The position numbers and the translations under genes were made by a program. Below the pieces are notes generated by a model. The model had not been told where the DNA came from and did not search any database. It saw only the letters and a program-made list of their open reading frames with translations. 64,000 nucleotides of DNA from Desulfosudaceae bacterium (lineage in GTDB: Bacteria; Desulfobacterota; Desulfobacteria; Desulfobacterales; Desulfosudaceae), in assembly GCA_963674745.2 (NCBI GenBank), contig CAXXDV010000001.1:2048001-2112000 (forward strand), read 5' to 3'. This document shows positions 40,510 to 51,374 of this stretch, piece after piece. How positions within the stretch are numbered: the stretch's first letter is position 1; every line of letters begins with the position of its first letter.

Positions 40510-41119
40510 GGCGTTGAAGCACACCCAGGGTCTTGACGCGGGAGTGGGGCTCAAACAGGCCTGAAGATAAGGCCAGTTTGTAAATTTCGTAAGGGGCCTG
40601 TCCGCCTTCGTCCGGGTTTTCAAAAATATCGTGAATCAGTAAAAATCCGCCCGGCATGATGTGTTTTGCCCAGCTTTCATAGTCGCCGGTGGCGGTTTCA
40701 AGGGAATGACCGCCGTCAATGAAAACCAGGGAAAGCGGGGTGCCCCAGGACCTGGCTGCTACGGACGAAGGACAGACAATGGGCACCACCGTATCGTCCA
40801 GACCGGCTTTTGCAATGGCCGACAGAAAAAGGGGCAGGGTATTGATGCGTCCGGTCTTGTAATCGTAAAGGGAAGGATCAAAATATTCTTCGCCGGGCTG
40901 CTGTTCTTCCGAACCTTTGTGATGATCAATGGAATAAAGAACACCACCGTTGTTCCGGCAGGCAATACCCAGGCAGACAGCCGATTTTCCGCAGTAACTG
41001 CCGATTTCCAGGCAGGGGCCGAGCCGGCTGGCTTCCAGCGCTGTAAGATACAGGTGGGCCGCTTCTTCCTCGTCCAGGAATCCTTTTATGTCGTCAAGCT
41101 GTCGGATATCGAAAGTCAT
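40496..41119 (-). CDS. Class I SAM methyltransferase (Methyltransf_24-like)
   Basis: LEIGSYCGKS, DHHKGSEE, FIDGGH, LIHD. Confidence 0.88.
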   Translation of the reverse strand: MTFDIRQLDDIKGFLDEEEAAHLYLTALEASRLGPCLEIGSYCGKSAVCLGIACRNNGGVLYSIDHHKGSEEQQPGEEYFDPSLYDYKTGRINTLPLFLSAIAKAGLDDTVVPIVCPSSVAARSWGTPLSLVFIDGGHSLETATGDYESWAKHIMPGGFLLIHDIFENPDEGGQAPYEIYKLALSSGLFEPHSRVKTLGVLQRLRTT

Positions 41120-43263
41120 GATTTTCTAATGTCGTCATAATCGGCCACTAATACTTCCCGCGGCTTGACGCCGTCCGACGGGCCGACCACGCCTTCCCTT
41201 TCCATGGTTTCCACTATCCGGGCCGCCCGGTTATATCCAATGCGCAGGTGCCGTTGGATGGAGGAGATGGACGCCTGCCGTGTTTTGGCCACCAGGGCAA
41301 CGGCTTCATCATATCGTTCATCGTAATCCCCGGTTTCCTCGTCGCCTTCCGGCCGGGGCGGCGCTTCGGTAACGCTTTCATCAAAATCCGGTCGTTTCTG
41401 TTTTTTCAGAAAATCAATCACCCGCAGGACCTCGTCTTCGGAGATAAAGGCGCCGTGAATGCGCTGGAGCTTTGCCGTTCCGGGCGCCAGGAAAAGCATA
41501 TCACCGTTGCCCAGCAGGCTTTCGGCGCCATTGGCATCCAGAATGGTCCGGGAGTCTGTTTTGGAGGACACCTGGAAGGATATCCGGGTGGGAAAGTTGG
41601 CCTTGATGACACCGGTGATAACGTTCACCGACGGCCGCTGGGTGGCGATAATCAGATGAATTCCGGCGGCCCGGGCCATCTGTGCCAGACGCGTCAGCGC
41701 CGATTCCACTTCCCGCGAGGCGACCGACATCAGGTCCGCGAATTCATCGATAATGATCACGATGTAAGGCAGGGTTTCATCTTCTGTCTCCCCGGCTTTT
41801 TTTTCCTTGACGATTTTTTTGTTGTACTGGGTGATGTTGCGGACTTTCCTTTCGGAAAGTTTTTCGTACCTGTCCTCCATCTCCCGTACGGCCCAGGAAA
41901 GGGCGTTGGTGGCTTTTTTCATGTCGGTAACCACCGGTGTGATCAGGTGCGGGATCTTGTTGTAAAGCGACAGCTCAATACGTTTGGGGTCGATCATCAG
42001 CAGTTTGACTTCATCCGGCCGGGCTTTGTAGAGCAGGCTGCAGATCATGGTGTTCAGGGCCACACTTTTACCCGATCCGGTCGAACCGGCCACCAGCAGG
42101 TGGGGCATCCTGTCCATTTCCACGGCCAGGGGTTCACCGACGATGTTTTTGCCCAGGCACAGGGTCAACCGTGATTTCTGCTTTTCAAAGCTTTCGGAAA
42201 CAATAATCTCTTTAATGCGCACAAATTCCCGTTCCATGTTGGGGATTTCAATGCCGATCACGGACTTCCCGGGAATAGGGGCCACGATGCGGATGCTCAT
42301 GGCCCGAAGCGCCAGGGCCAGGTCGTCCGCCAGGGTGACGATCTTGTTGATTTTAACCCCGGGCGCGGGTTCATATTCAAACATGGTGATGACCGGGCCG
42401 GGCGTAACAGCGGTGACCGAACCGTTGACACCGAAGTCTTCCAGTTTCTTTTCGAGCAGGCGCGACAGCATCTGCAGGCTGTCATTGTCAACCGAGGCGG
42501 GGCGGTCGTCCGGATCGTCCAGAAGCTTGACGGACGGCAGGGAAAAGGCGCCATCCTCATGCATGAACGAAAATTCTTCCTGCCGGGGACGGGGTATGGC
42601 TTTTACGGGCGCAGCGGTCGGCGTGTTGATTTTCAGCTCGCCGGTTTTTTTCGGCGGTTTTTTCTGTTGCGCGGCCAGGCGTTTTTCCGCTTTTAGTTTT
42701 CGCTCTTTACGGATGATACGGCGTGTTTTCAGTTTTTCGTAAAATGATCGCCCCAGATGCCAGCATGATTTAGAAAATTTGACCGGTGAAAAGCTCGTGG
42801 CCGTGATCAGGCCGATGAGCAGGAGGATAATCGTGATGAACAGGCCGCCATTGGGGCCGGCCATGCCGGTTAACATCTCCTGCAGAACGTCTCCGGTTAC
42901 GCTGTGGGCCGGATAGGCGATGAACAGCGTCTGGCCGGTCTGGAAAGATGCCAGACAGCCGGTGGCGATCATCAGCAGCAGGCCGCCCCAGGCGATGCGG
43001 ATAATGGCCCGGATATCCGTCCGGGTAATAATGCGTGTGCCGGCCAGCAGCAGGAGCAGGGGGACCCAGAAAGCGCCGATGCCGAATCCGGCCAGCAGCA
43101 GGCCGGCGGTATGTGCGCCAAGCGGCCCGAAGAAATTATGGATCTTTCCTGATGTTGAAGCGGCCATACCGACGGCGGGGTCCTCCGGGCTGAAGGTCAG
43201 CAGGCTGACCACGGTCAAGATGACAAGGAAAAAAAGCAGTATGCCGCTGATCTCTTTACGCAT
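41116..43263 (-). CDS. ftsK: DNA translocase FtsK
   Basis: PHLLVAGSTGSGKS, IDEFADLM, ATQRPS, gamma domain IQRHLRIGYNRAAR. Confidence 0.97.
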   Translation of the reverse strand: MRKEISGILLFFLVILTVVSLLTFSPEDPAVGMAASTSGKIHNFFGPLGAHTAGLLLAGFGIGAFWVPLLLLLAGTRIITRTDIRAIIRIAWGGLLLMIATGCLASFQTGQTLFIAYPAHSVTGDVLQEMLTGMAGPNGGLFITIILLLIGLITATSFSPVKFSKSCWHLGRSFYEKLKTRRIIRKERKLKAEKRLAAQQKKPPKKTGELKINTPTAAPVKAIPRPRQEEFSFMHEDGAFSLPSVKLLDDPDDRPASVDNDSLQMLSRLLEKKLEDFGVNGSVTAVTPGPVITMFEYEPAPGVKINKIVTLADDLALALRAMSIRIVAPIPGKSVIGIEIPNMEREFVRIKEIIVSESFEKQKSRLTLCLGKNIVGEPLAVEMDRMPHLLVAGSTGSGKSVALNTMICSLLYKARPDEVKLLMIDPKRIELSLYNKIPHLITPVVTDMKKATNALSWAVREMEDRYEKLSERKVRNITQYNKKIVKEKKAGETEDETLPYIVIIIDEFADLMSVASREVESALTRLAQMARAAGIHLIIATQRPSVNVITGVIKANFPTRISFQVSSKTDSRTILDANGAESLLGNGDMLFLAPGTAKLQRIHGAFISEDEVLRVIDFLKKQKRPDFDESVTEAPPRPEGDEETGDYDERYDEAVALVAKTRQASISSIQRHLRIGYNRAARIVETMEREGVVGPSDGVKPREVLVADYDDIRKS

Positions 43264-43392
43264 TACAGATCGTTTCCGTTCCGGGGTATTTTTTTAAAAA
43301 GTTAATCGTTACAATACCATACCCTTTTTTCGAATAATGGCAAAGCAAAAAGTCCAATATCAGAATTATATGGCACTCGTATAAAAAACTAG

Positions 43393-43515
43393 GCTGGCTG
43401 CGTAAAAAGTTCAACAACAAGGCGCGCAAATCCTGAGAAATGCAGCGTACTTAGTCGTACGTGAAATTTCGAAGGATGCAGCGCAACGCCGTGTTGGGCT
43501 TTTTACGCTGCCAGC
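43393..43515. repeat. ~123-bp palindromic intergenic repeat, copy 2
   Basis: Homologous to 33227-33350; a degenerate right half is also at ~1497-1557. Confidence 0.8.
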
Positions 43516-43517
43516 AA

Positions 43518-45167
43518 TCATAGCTCGACAATGATTGGTATCACAACCGGACGCCGTTTAATGGTAAACTTAAAATATTGTCTTAAGGCGATTTTCATTT
43601 TGGCTTCGATAATGGCCACCCGGTCCGGGACGGAATTGTCGATTTCTTCCACGATTTCAAGGATTACGCATTCCGCGTCCTGAAGCAGATGGCCGGTGAC
43701 ACCGGGAAAAACAAACCCCTTGGAAATAATTTCCGGACCATGAAGAATAATCCCGGTTTCCTCGTCAAAGATCATGACCACCACGACCAGACCGTGTTCG
43801 GATAATTCCCGGCGTTCCCGCAGGACCCGCTGGCCGACATCACCGACGCCCTTGCCGTCGACCAGCACCCGGCTGGTTTCAATCCGCCCGCCAAGGCGGC
43901 CGCCGTATTCGTCAAATTCGATAATTTTTCCGTTATCGGGCAGCAGCGTCCGGTCCTTTGGGATGCCCATTTCTTCGGCCAGCCGGATATGGTGTACCAG
44001 GTGGCGTCGTTCCCCATGAATTGGGATGAAATACAATGGGTTCACGATGTCGATCATTTCTTTGAGCTCGTCGGCAAAGGCGTGCCCGGAAACGTGGATA
44101 TCGGATATCTTCTCATAGATTACCCTGGCCCCGTCTTCACAGAAGTTATTGATGACACTGGCAATGGCTTTTTCATTGCCGGGAATGAACTTGGAAGAAA
44201 GGATAATGGTGTCATCGGGCTTGGTCTTGATCATTTTATTGTTGCCCGTGGCCATGCGGGCCAAAGAAGACATGGGCTCACCCTGGCTGCCGGTGGTAAC
44301 CACGATGATTTCCTCGTCGGGAAAATAGTCCACATCCTTGACGCTGATCTCCAGATGTTCCGGAATGGACAGGTATCCCAGGTTCCGGGCCGTTTGTGTG
44401 CTGACCTCGATACTTCTGCCGTCAAAGGCGATTTTGCGGTTGAACTTGACGGCAATGTCGACTATCTGTTGAATCCGCACGATATTTGAGGCAAACAGGG
44501 CGATGATGGCCCGGCCCGGACATTTGGAAATAAGCTTTTCCAGGGTGTCGCCGACCGTCCGGTCTGAAAGCGTGCGCCCTTCTTTTTCAACGTTGGTGGA
44601 ATCGGACATCAGCGCCAGAACACCCTTTCGTCCGTGATGAACGAACTTGTCCACATCCGTGTTCATCCAGGGGAAGTGGCTCTGGCTCAGTTTGAAATCA
44701 CCGGTATGAATGATCGTGCCCACCGGTGACTTGATGACGATCCCCACGCCATCGACCACGCTGTGGTTGACCCGGATGAAATCCAGGTCAAAAGGACCGA
44801 TTTTCAGGGTGTCTTCGGGTGAAATCCGGTTCAGCCGGGCGTTTTCCAGCAGCCCCCACTCGTTGAGCTTGTGCTTGATCAGTTCCAGGGTAAAGGGGGT
44901 GCCGTAAACAGGCACATTAATGGCTCTTAATACATAGGGGATGGCGCCGATGTGATCTTCATGTCCGTGGGTGACGACAATGGCCGCAAAATTGTCCCGC
45001 TTTGCTTTTAAATAGCTGATTTCAGGGATAACAATGTCCACCCCCAGCATATAATCTTCCGGGAACATCAGTCCGGCATCGATGGCGAAAACGGTGTCAC
45101 CGAATTCGATGGCCATCATGTTCAAACCGATTTCCCGGGTTCCCCCCAGGGGGATAATCTTTAACAT
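43518..45167 (-). CDS. rnj: Ribonuclease J
   Basis: IIPLGG.REIG.N, THGHEDHIG, HTGDFK, TGSQGEP, HVSGH. Confidence 0.96.
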   Translation of the reverse strand: MLKIIPLGGTREIGLNMMAIEFGDTVFAIDAGLMFPEDYMLGVDIVIPEISYLKAKRDNFAAIVVTHGHEDHIGAIPYVLRAINVPVYGTPFTLELIKHKLNEWGLLENARLNRISPEDTLKIGPFDLDFIRVNHSVVDGVGIVIKSPVGTIIHTGDFKLSQSHFPWMNTDVDKFVHHGRKGVLALMSDSTNVEKEGRTLSDRTVGDTLEKLISKCPGRAIIALFASNIVRIQQIVDIAVKFNRKIAFDGRSIEVSTQTARNLGYLSIPEHLEISVKDVDYFPDEEIIVVTTGSQGEPMSSLARMATGNNKMIKTKPDDTIILSSKFIPGNEKAIASVINNFCEDGARVIYEKISDIHVSGHAFADELKEMIDIVNPLYFIPIHGERRHLVHHIRLAEEMGIPKDRTLLPDNGKIIEFDEYGGRLGGRIETSRVLVDGKGVGDVGQRVLRERRELSEHGLVVVVMIFDEETGIILHGPEIISKGFVFPGVTGHLLQDAECVILEIVEEIDNSVPDRVAIIEAKMKIALRQYFKFTIKRRPVVIPIIVEL

Positions 45168-45225
45168 TCCCCGAAAGCCTTTTGTGCCACAGCCGTTTCG
45201 GCAGCGGAAATTATGCACCAGATAT

Positions 45226-45558
45226 TTAAGTGGTTATATCAAGTTTTTCAAAGATATCGTCAATCGTGGAGATGAACCACTCCCGCTGCCCGGCAGTCGC
45301 GTAAGCGATACAATTGCATCGTATGGCCGACTTTGTTCTGACCAGAAGCTCGCAGGTTATTTTGTTCTCATCGATCTCTACCGCAAAGAAAAATGGGCGG
45401 CAATTTTGATGATCGAGCTGGGTTTCGGAAAGCCGGTTTTCAGGAACGGTTATCCAGTACAGGTTTCCCATTTCCGGTGGCCCGAAAGCGTCTGTGAAAT
45501 AATCATTCAGGCGGCCTGCCTCGCCCGGGCGAAGCTCATCAATTACATACTGTTTCAT
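45226..45558 (-). CDS. Hypothetical protein
   Basis: Compact ORF co-oriented with rnj; conserved-looking RCNCIAYAT motif. Confidence 0.7.
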   Translation of the reverse strand: MKQYVIDELRPGEAGRLNDYFTDAFGPPEMGNLYWITVPENRLSETQLDHQNCRPFFFAVEIDENKITCELLVRTKSAIRCNCIAYATAGQREWFISTIDDIFEKLDITT

Positions 45559-45700
45559 GTCCGTTTAATTAGCATAAGTTGTGGTATTGTACAATATGGG
45601 AAAAAAAGTTGGGAAAAAAGATTGATATCCGGCTGTCATCGGCGATAAAATCGAAAGATTCCAGTCTGTGTAATCAGCTGTTATTTCAAGGAACAGGAAA

Positions 45701-46822
45701 ATGAATGATTCACGATCGCAGGACCTGTCCGCGTCTATTGACGGAAAATTGGATCAGTTACGTCGGGAAATCAACCGCACCGACCAGGACATACTGGCGC
45801 TTCTCAACCGGCGGGCGGAGCTGTGCGTGGCGGTCGGGCAGGTCAAGTCCGCCACTGATCAGACCATATTTAAACCGTTTCGTGAAAAAGAAGTACTTCA
45901 ACAACTGATCGGCAATAATACCGGCGTTTTGCCCGAGGATCACCTGCGGGCCATTTACCGGGAGATACTGTCCTCGTCCAGGAAGTTACAGCGGCCCCAG
46001 AAAATTGTCTACCTTGGACCGGAAGGCACGTTTTCCTATTTTGCCGGTGTAGAGCTGCTGGGCAGCAGCTCGGATTTTCAGGCCTGCGGCAGTCTGGCCG
46101 AGGTGTTCGCGGCCGTGGCCGGCAAGCGGGCCTCGCTGGGGATCGTGCCCCTCGAAAATGCGCTTTACGGCAGTGTGGGGCAGAACCTGGATTTTTTCCT
46201 GAAACACCCGGTCTTTATTCAGGCGGAAATATTTTGTCGCATCAGCCATTATCTGATGGGGGCGGGAGACGGGCTTGACGGAATCAGGGCGGTATATTCC
46301 CATGCCCGGGCCCTTGAGCAGTGTGCCGGGTGGCTGGACGCGCGCCTGCCCGGGGCCGAGCGCGTTCCTGTATCCAGCACGGCCGCTGCCGTCGGCAAGG
46401 TGGCCGACCGCAGGGATACGGCCGCCATCGGACACAGCAAGCTTGCCGATATGAGTTCCCTGAATGTACTCGCTGCCGGAATCGAGGACACACCGGACAA
46501 CTGGACGCGGTTTATCGTTATTGGCCCGGAACTGCCCAGGGGCAGCGGACGGGATAAAACATCGATGCTGTTTACCCTGCCGCACCAGTCCGGCGCACTG
46601 GCCCGGGTGCTGGCTGTGCTGGCTGGAAGCGACATCAATATGAAAAAACTGGAATCCCGGGCCATGAAGGCGGATCAATGGCAGTACCTGTTTTTTGCCG
46701 ATGTGGAATGTGATCTGGGTGACGATGAATATGCCGACCTGTTGCGGGAACTGGCAGAGAACTGTCATACCTTGAAGATCCTGGGCAGCTATCCAGCGGG
46801 ACGATATATGGATGACGTCTGA
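45701..46822 (+). CDS. pheA: Chorismate mutase/prephenate dehydratase
   Basis: [31 protein letters not shown] domain LESR. Confidence 0.95.
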   Translation: MNDSRSQDLSASIDGKLDQLRREINRTDQDILALLNRRAELCVAVGQVKSATDQTIFKPFREKEVLQQLIGNNTGVLPEDHLRAIYREILSSSRKLQRPQKIVYLGPEGTFSYFAGVELLGSSSDFQACGSLAEVFAAVAGKRASLGIVPLENALYGSVGQNLDFFLKHPVFIQAEIFCRISHYLMGAGDGLDGIRAVYSHARALEQCAGWLDARLPGAERVPVSSTAAAVGKVADRRDTAAIGHSKLADMSSLNVLAAGIEDTPDNWTRFIVIGPELPRGSGRDKTSMLFTLPHQSGALARVLAVLAGSDINMKKLESRAMKADQWQYLFFADVECDLGDDEYADLLRELAENCHTLKILGSYPAGRYMDDV

Positions 46823-46841
46823 ACGGGGAGAGATATCCATT

Positions 46842-47681
46842 ATGAAAACGATCGCCATCGTCGTTAAACCCGATCCGGAGGCCATCACCAATGCCGAGGC
46901 CCTGGAAAAGTGGCTGACGTCCCGCGGTGTGGCCGTTGTCCGGAAGTCACCTGAATCCCAACAGCCCGCTTCAGACGGCCTGTCCTGCGTGTTCGTTCTG
47001 GGAGGGGACGGCACCTTTTTAAGCGCGGCCCGCTGGATCGGTGACCTGGACATTCCTTTGATCGGTATCAAGTTCGGCCAGGTCGGCTTCCTGGCGGAAA
47101 CGGTCGAGGAAGACCTTCTGTCCGCTGCGGAAAAAATTCTGAGCAACAACTATACCCTTGAACAACGCATGCGCCTGCAAGTCACCATTTTTAAAAACGG
47201 CCGGGAGCACGTCCGGCAGGCGGTTTTAAATGACGTGGTCATCAATAAAGGGGCAGTGGCCCGTTTGGCGCACATTAAAACCCATATCGATGATTACTAT
47301 CTGACCACTTATCGCGGCGACGGGTTGATTGTTTCCACCCCTACCGGCTCAACCGCCTACTCCCTGGCAGCCGGTGGCCCGATTGTTCATCCCTCGGTGT
47401 CGGGCATTATTTTGACACCGATTTGTCCTTTTACGCTGACCAACCGGCCGCTGGTCGTGCCGGAAACCGTGCGGATCGAGCTGAGTCTGGCAAGGAAGCC
47501 AAAGGATATCATGGTTACCCTGGACGGGCAGGAAGGGTATGAGATTGATGAAAAGGATACTCTGGTCATTGAAAAAGCACCCCATCCGGTCAACATGATC
47601 ATTCTGCCGGGGCAGCGTTATTTTGACGTTCTGAAGACCAAGCTGCAGTGGGGTGGGGGACCGGGCAACCCGAATGTTTAA
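46842..47681 (+). CDS. nadK: NAD kinase
   Basis: [32 protein letters not shown]. Confidence 0.95.
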   Translation: MKTIAIVVKPDPEAITNAEALEKWLTSRGVAVVRKSPESQQPASDGLSCVFVLGGDGTFLSAARWIGDLDIPLIGIKFGQVGFLAETVEEDLLSAAEKILSNNYTLEQRMRLQVTIFKNGREHVRQAVLNDVVINKGAVARLAHIKTHIDDYYLTTYRGDGLIVSTPTGSTAYSLAAGGPIVHPSVSGIILTPICPFTLTNRPLVVPETVRIELSLARKPKDIMVTLDGQEGYEIDEKDTLVIEKAPHPVNMIILPGQRYFDVLKTKLQWGGGPGNPNV

Positions 47682-47799
47682 TGAGTGACCTTGAGCCCGG
47701 GCCCATGGCACCTTATGCTGTGTTGCATGCTTGTGACTGTTGTAGGGGCAGGCCCCCGTGCCTGCCCGCTCGTGAAACATCCGGAAAGGGAGGGCTACA

Positions 47800-48546
47800 A
47801 TGAAAGTCTTTTTTCACGACGATTTTTACCAGGTGTACACCTCCGATCCGGCGGCCGCGTCCGGCCGTATGGAGGCTATCGTCAGAGAAATCAAACCCCA
47901 CGTTACTTTTATCCAGGCGGAGATGGCCGATCATGACGATGTGGCGGCCGTGCATACCGCGGCCCACATCGACCATGTGCGGGACGAGGGGCTTTACCCC
48001 ATTTCCATGCTGGCCGCCGGCGGCGCGGTCCAGGCCGCGGAGACCGGGTTGACCGAGCCCTGTTTCGGTCTGATCCGTCCCCCCGGTCACCATGCCTCGG
48101 CCGGCTCAAGCTGGGGCTTCTGTTATTTCAACAATATGGCCGTGGCCCTGTCTTCGCTCAAGCGCCGGCAGATGATCGCCACCGCTTATGTGCTTGATAT
48201 CGATTTGCATTACGGCGATGGAACGGTCAATATTCTGGAGGACGAAGATTACGTGACCGTTCACAACCTGGAGTCCACCCGCCGAAAGGTCTACATGGAC
48301 GAAGTCCGCCGCGAGATGGACAACTGCCGGGCCGACATTATCGGCATTTCGGCCGGGTTCGACAACCATCGCGAGGATTGGGGCAGTGTGTTGGAAACCG
48401 AAGACTATCACGAGATCGGCCGAATGGCGGCCCTGGCGGCCGGGCGCAACGACGGCGGTTGCTTTGCCATTCTGGAGGGCGGATACAACCATGATATCCT
48501 TGGCCGGAACGTGCTGGCCTTGATCCAGGGGATGTCGGCCGCATGA
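47800..48546 (+). CDS. Histone deacetylase family protein
   Basis: RPPGHHA, GFCYFNN, DIDLHYGDG, SAGFD, LEGGY. Confidence 0.93.
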   Translation: MKVFFHDDFYQVYTSDPAAASGRMEAIVREIKPHVTFIQAEMADHDDVAAVHTAAHIDHVRDEGLYPISMLAAGGAVQAAETGLTEPCFGLIRPPGHHASAGSSWGFCYFNNMAVALSSLKRRQMIATAYVLDIDLHYGDGTVNILEDEDYVTVHNLESTRRKVYMDEVRREMDNCRADIIGISAGFDNHREDWGSVLETEDYHEIGRMAALAAGRNDGGCFAILEGGYNHDILGRNVLALIQGMSAA

Positions 48547-49334
48547 TGATCGTTGCCGATAACCTGCAGGTCACCAGTTCCCGGGTGGCCCGGGCCATTG
48601 ACAGCCGCGACGAGGAGGTGGTCCGCGCCATTGTCCGCCAGAGCCTTGCGGCCGGCGCTGATGCGGTTGACATCAATCCCGGGCCGCTGAACCGCGAGCC
48701 GGAAGACAAAATGGTTTTCCTGGTAGAGGCGGTGCAGTCGGAAACAGATAAACCGCTGCTGCTGGACACCACCAATCCCCGGGCACTGGCGGCGGGCCTG
48801 GCAATTGCCCGTAATCCGGTCATCATTAATGGCTTTTCCCTGGAGCCGGTCAAGCTGGAACATATTCTTCCCCTGGCCGCGCAATACAATGCCGATATTA
48901 TCGGTTATTTGCTTGATGCCGGGAGCCGGGTGCCGACCGACGCCGATGACTGCCTGGCGCTGGCGGCTGATCTGTTTGAAGCCTTTACTCAATCCGGCGT
49001 TTCGCCGGGTCACCTGATTATTGATCCGGTGGTCGCCCCCCTGATCTGGGAGAACGGCCTGCAGCACAACCGGGCGGTACTGGCCGTCATCCCCCGTCTG
49101 GCCGATTTGTTCGGGTTCCCGGTTCGGACCATTGCCGGTATTTCCAACCTGACCACCGGCCAGGCCGATTATGACAGGCGCATGCGCCTGGAACAGGCCT
49201 TTATTCCCATGCTGGCCGCTGCCGGCTTGGATATGGCCCTGATGAACATGCGCCACACCGCGTCAATCCAGTGCCTCCGGGCCTGTAATATCCTGATGCA
49301 CTCGGAGGTGTTTGCCTGGGAAGCGCTGGCGTAA
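48543..49334 (+). CDS. Pterin-binding protein (methyl-THF:corrinoid methyltransferase AcsE-like)
   Basis: GADAVDIN, PLLLDT, IIN, IIDP, GISN. Confidence 0.8.
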   Translation: MMIVADNLQVTSSRVARAIDSRDEEVVRAIVRQSLAAGADAVDINPGPLNREPEDKMVFLVEAVQSETDKPLLLDTTNPRALAAGLAIARNPVIINGFSLEPVKLEHILPLAAQYNADIIGYLLDAGSRVPTDADDCLALAADLFEAFTQSGVSPGHLIIDPVVAPLIWENGLQHNRAVLAVIPRLADLFGFPVRTIAGISNLTTGQADYDRRMRLEQAFIPMLAAAGLDMALMNMRHTASIQCLRACNILMHSEVFAWEALA

Positions 49335-49376
49335 CTAGGTAATGGGCCAATTCGGGTGCCTTTTGACGGTTTCGAA

Positions 49377-50186
49377 TCAACGGTGGATCACCTCTATCTC
49401 AAACAGCCGCGGCCACAGTTTACCCGTTACAAACAGCCGATCATTCTCCGCATCATAGGCGATCCCGTTGAGCACGGCATCGGGCTCCCCCGGATTGCAG
49501 ACCAGGGGCAGAAGGCCCGTCAGGTCAATCCAGCCGAGCACCTGACCCGAGACCGGTGAAATCCTGGCGATCCGGTCTGTACACCAGACGTTGGCGTAGA
49601 TCTCTCCTTTCACATACTCAAGTTCATTCAGCCGGCCGACCGGTAAACCCCCGTCTTTCACGGCGAGTCGCCCCAGTTCCCGGAAGCTTTCGGGATCAAG
49701 CAGGCGCAGGTGATGGCTTCCGTCGCTCATAATTAATCGGGTTCCGTCATGGGTCAGTCCCCACCCCTGACCGGGGTAACGGAACTTGCGCTGAAGATCA
49801 AAGGCGGCAAGGTCGTAAACAAAGGCAACATTCGATTGCCAGGTAAGCTGTATGAGCCGCTCTTTCCAGTCGGTCAGCCCTTCTGCCCAGTACCCGGCCT
49901 CTATCCGCCTCTCCTGGACAACCGCTCCTGTTTCTATTCTGACTTTCCGAAGAGAGGAGAGCCCTCTGCGGCCGGTGCTTTCGTAAAGAAACCCATTGCG
50001 GTAGAGCAGCCCCTGTGTGAATGCTTTGGGGTCATGGGGGTAGGCGTTCACCACGCGATACCCGTATACTGGGGCTTCGTCCCGGGCGGCCGGTTGCCCG
50101 CCCGGAGCATGGCCTGGCAGACATATCAGGACAATGAGGCTCAAGACCCCGGTCCATTCAAGCGTTCTTAACATAAGACATACCAT
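49377..50186 (-). CDS. Glutaminyl-peptide cyclotransferase
   Basis: YPHD..AFTQGL, LYESTG, QLTW, LNELE, LNGIA, TGKLWP. Confidence 0.92.
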   Translation of the reverse strand: MVCLMLRTLEWTGVLSLIVLICLPGHAPGGQPAARDEAPVYGYRVVNAYPHDPKAFTQGLLYRNGFLYESTGRRGLSSLRKVRIETGAVVQERRIEAGYWAEGLTDWKERLIQLTWQSNVAFVYDLAAFDLQRKFRYPGQGWGLTHDGTRLIMSDGSHHLRLLDPESFRELGRLAVKDGGLPVGRLNELEYVKGEIYANVWCTDRIARISPVSGQVLGWIDLTGLLPLVCNPGEPDAVLNGIAYDAENDRLFVTGKLWPRLFEIEVIHR

Positions 50187-50234
50187 TGCCTCACCCCTGC
50201 GAGTCCATAGTAAAGGCGTCGACCAGAGACCTTT

Positions 50235-51131
50235 TTATCCCTTAACTCTTTGCAGATAAATACTGCCGCCGGAATTCCTGGCGCACAGGGGCATATTTTG
50301 TTGAATATAATCCTTAAACGTCACGCCGATAAAATGATTAAAGAAATGAATCTTCCAACTGTCATTGTAAGCCAGAAAGGAATGTAGAAAATAGCACTCG
50401 TTCCAATATCTGCCCTGCTTTAACCAATCTGACGGGTATTCGAATGGGTAAAAAATGTCATGGAAATGAACAAATGTCCCGGGTGAAAGCGTCGGCAGTA
50501 CTTTATTGAAAAGATATTGAACATCACTCCCCGCTTTAAGAACATGGCTGGAATCAATAAACAACAGGTCGCCAGGGCCGAGTTCGCTGAATTCTGATAT
50601 GGGAACAGACTGAACTTCACGTTCGAGAATATCAACCTTCTCGTGCCCCCTGATCAAGGACCGTAACCTGTCCGGATACGGTTCAATGCAGGTCAATTCT
50701 ATACTTTCCTCTCTTAGGATGTCCACGGTATCAAGGATTACGGCGGTGGAATAGCCCGACCCGACCTCAATTATTCGTTTTGGCCGATGCGCTCTTAAGA
50801 AGCAATAGAGGAAAATGGCATCAGCATAACAGAACCAGGATTGATTAAAGGCGTATCTGTTGTTTTCTGACGCTTTCTCTGTGAAGGGCATTTCCCCATA
50901 GAACGCGGCGAAACTCTCAAGAACTTTTTTCTGATGGTCGACATTGAGATCAACATCAACCAGAGATGACTGGGCCTCAGAGAAAACTTTTAAATAAGAC
51001 GCTACCTGGTCGACATGTGGTACTGGAGAGTGGTAATGCCCGGGCAGATACATCAGGAAACTACGGGAACTCCGGATGTAACCAAGAAGCTGATGGAGTG
51101 TGTTTAATAAGTTCATGTTAGTATTTTCCAA
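50235..51131 (-). CDS. Class I SAM methyltransferase (Methyltransf_24-like)
   Basis: IIEVGSGYST, LFIDSSH, HFHDIF. Confidence 0.85.
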   Translation of the reverse strand: MENTNMNLLNTLHQLLGYIRSSRSFLMYLPGHYHSPVPHVDQVASYLKVFSEAQSSLVDVDLNVDHQKKVLESFAAFYGEMPFTEKASENNRYAFNQSWFCYADAIFLYCFLRAHRPKRIIEVGSGYSTAVILDTVDILREESIELTCIEPYPDRLRSLIRGHEKVDILEREVQSVPISEFSELGPGDLLFIDSSHVLKAGSDVQYLFNKVLPTLSPGTFVHFHDIFYPFEYPSDWLKQGRYWNECYFLHSFLAYNDSWKIHFFNHFIGVTFKDYIQQNMPLCARNSGGSIYLQRVKG

Positions 51132-51374
51132 AAAGGATAACGCGCTTGAAGAAAAAATCGGTTTTGGCCAGGCATTTTTATGTCTTTTTTAAAAAAGAGT
51201 TTATCAGAAAAATTAAGGGGTTACTTTTTTTTTGGAGAGATTCGTTTGTTTGTTTAGAATTTACCATTGTATGTTTAACGTCTTACGGTTAGCTTTGGCG
51301 CGACTTGCCTGAGCGAAGCGAAGATTGCAAGCCGTGGACATCAGCTATAACGCATTGTTGGGCCAATATTAATA

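Noticed and set aside
35846..49256. Long antisense ORFs (35846-37066, 41248-42174, 45986-47149, 48408-49256)
   Set aside because: Opposite-strand shadows of GC-rich conserved genes, with no motifs.
49377..51131. Glutaminyl cyclase and methyltransferase genes as additional cassettes
   Set aside because: Co-oriented with the array, but no attC or complementary ends were found after them.
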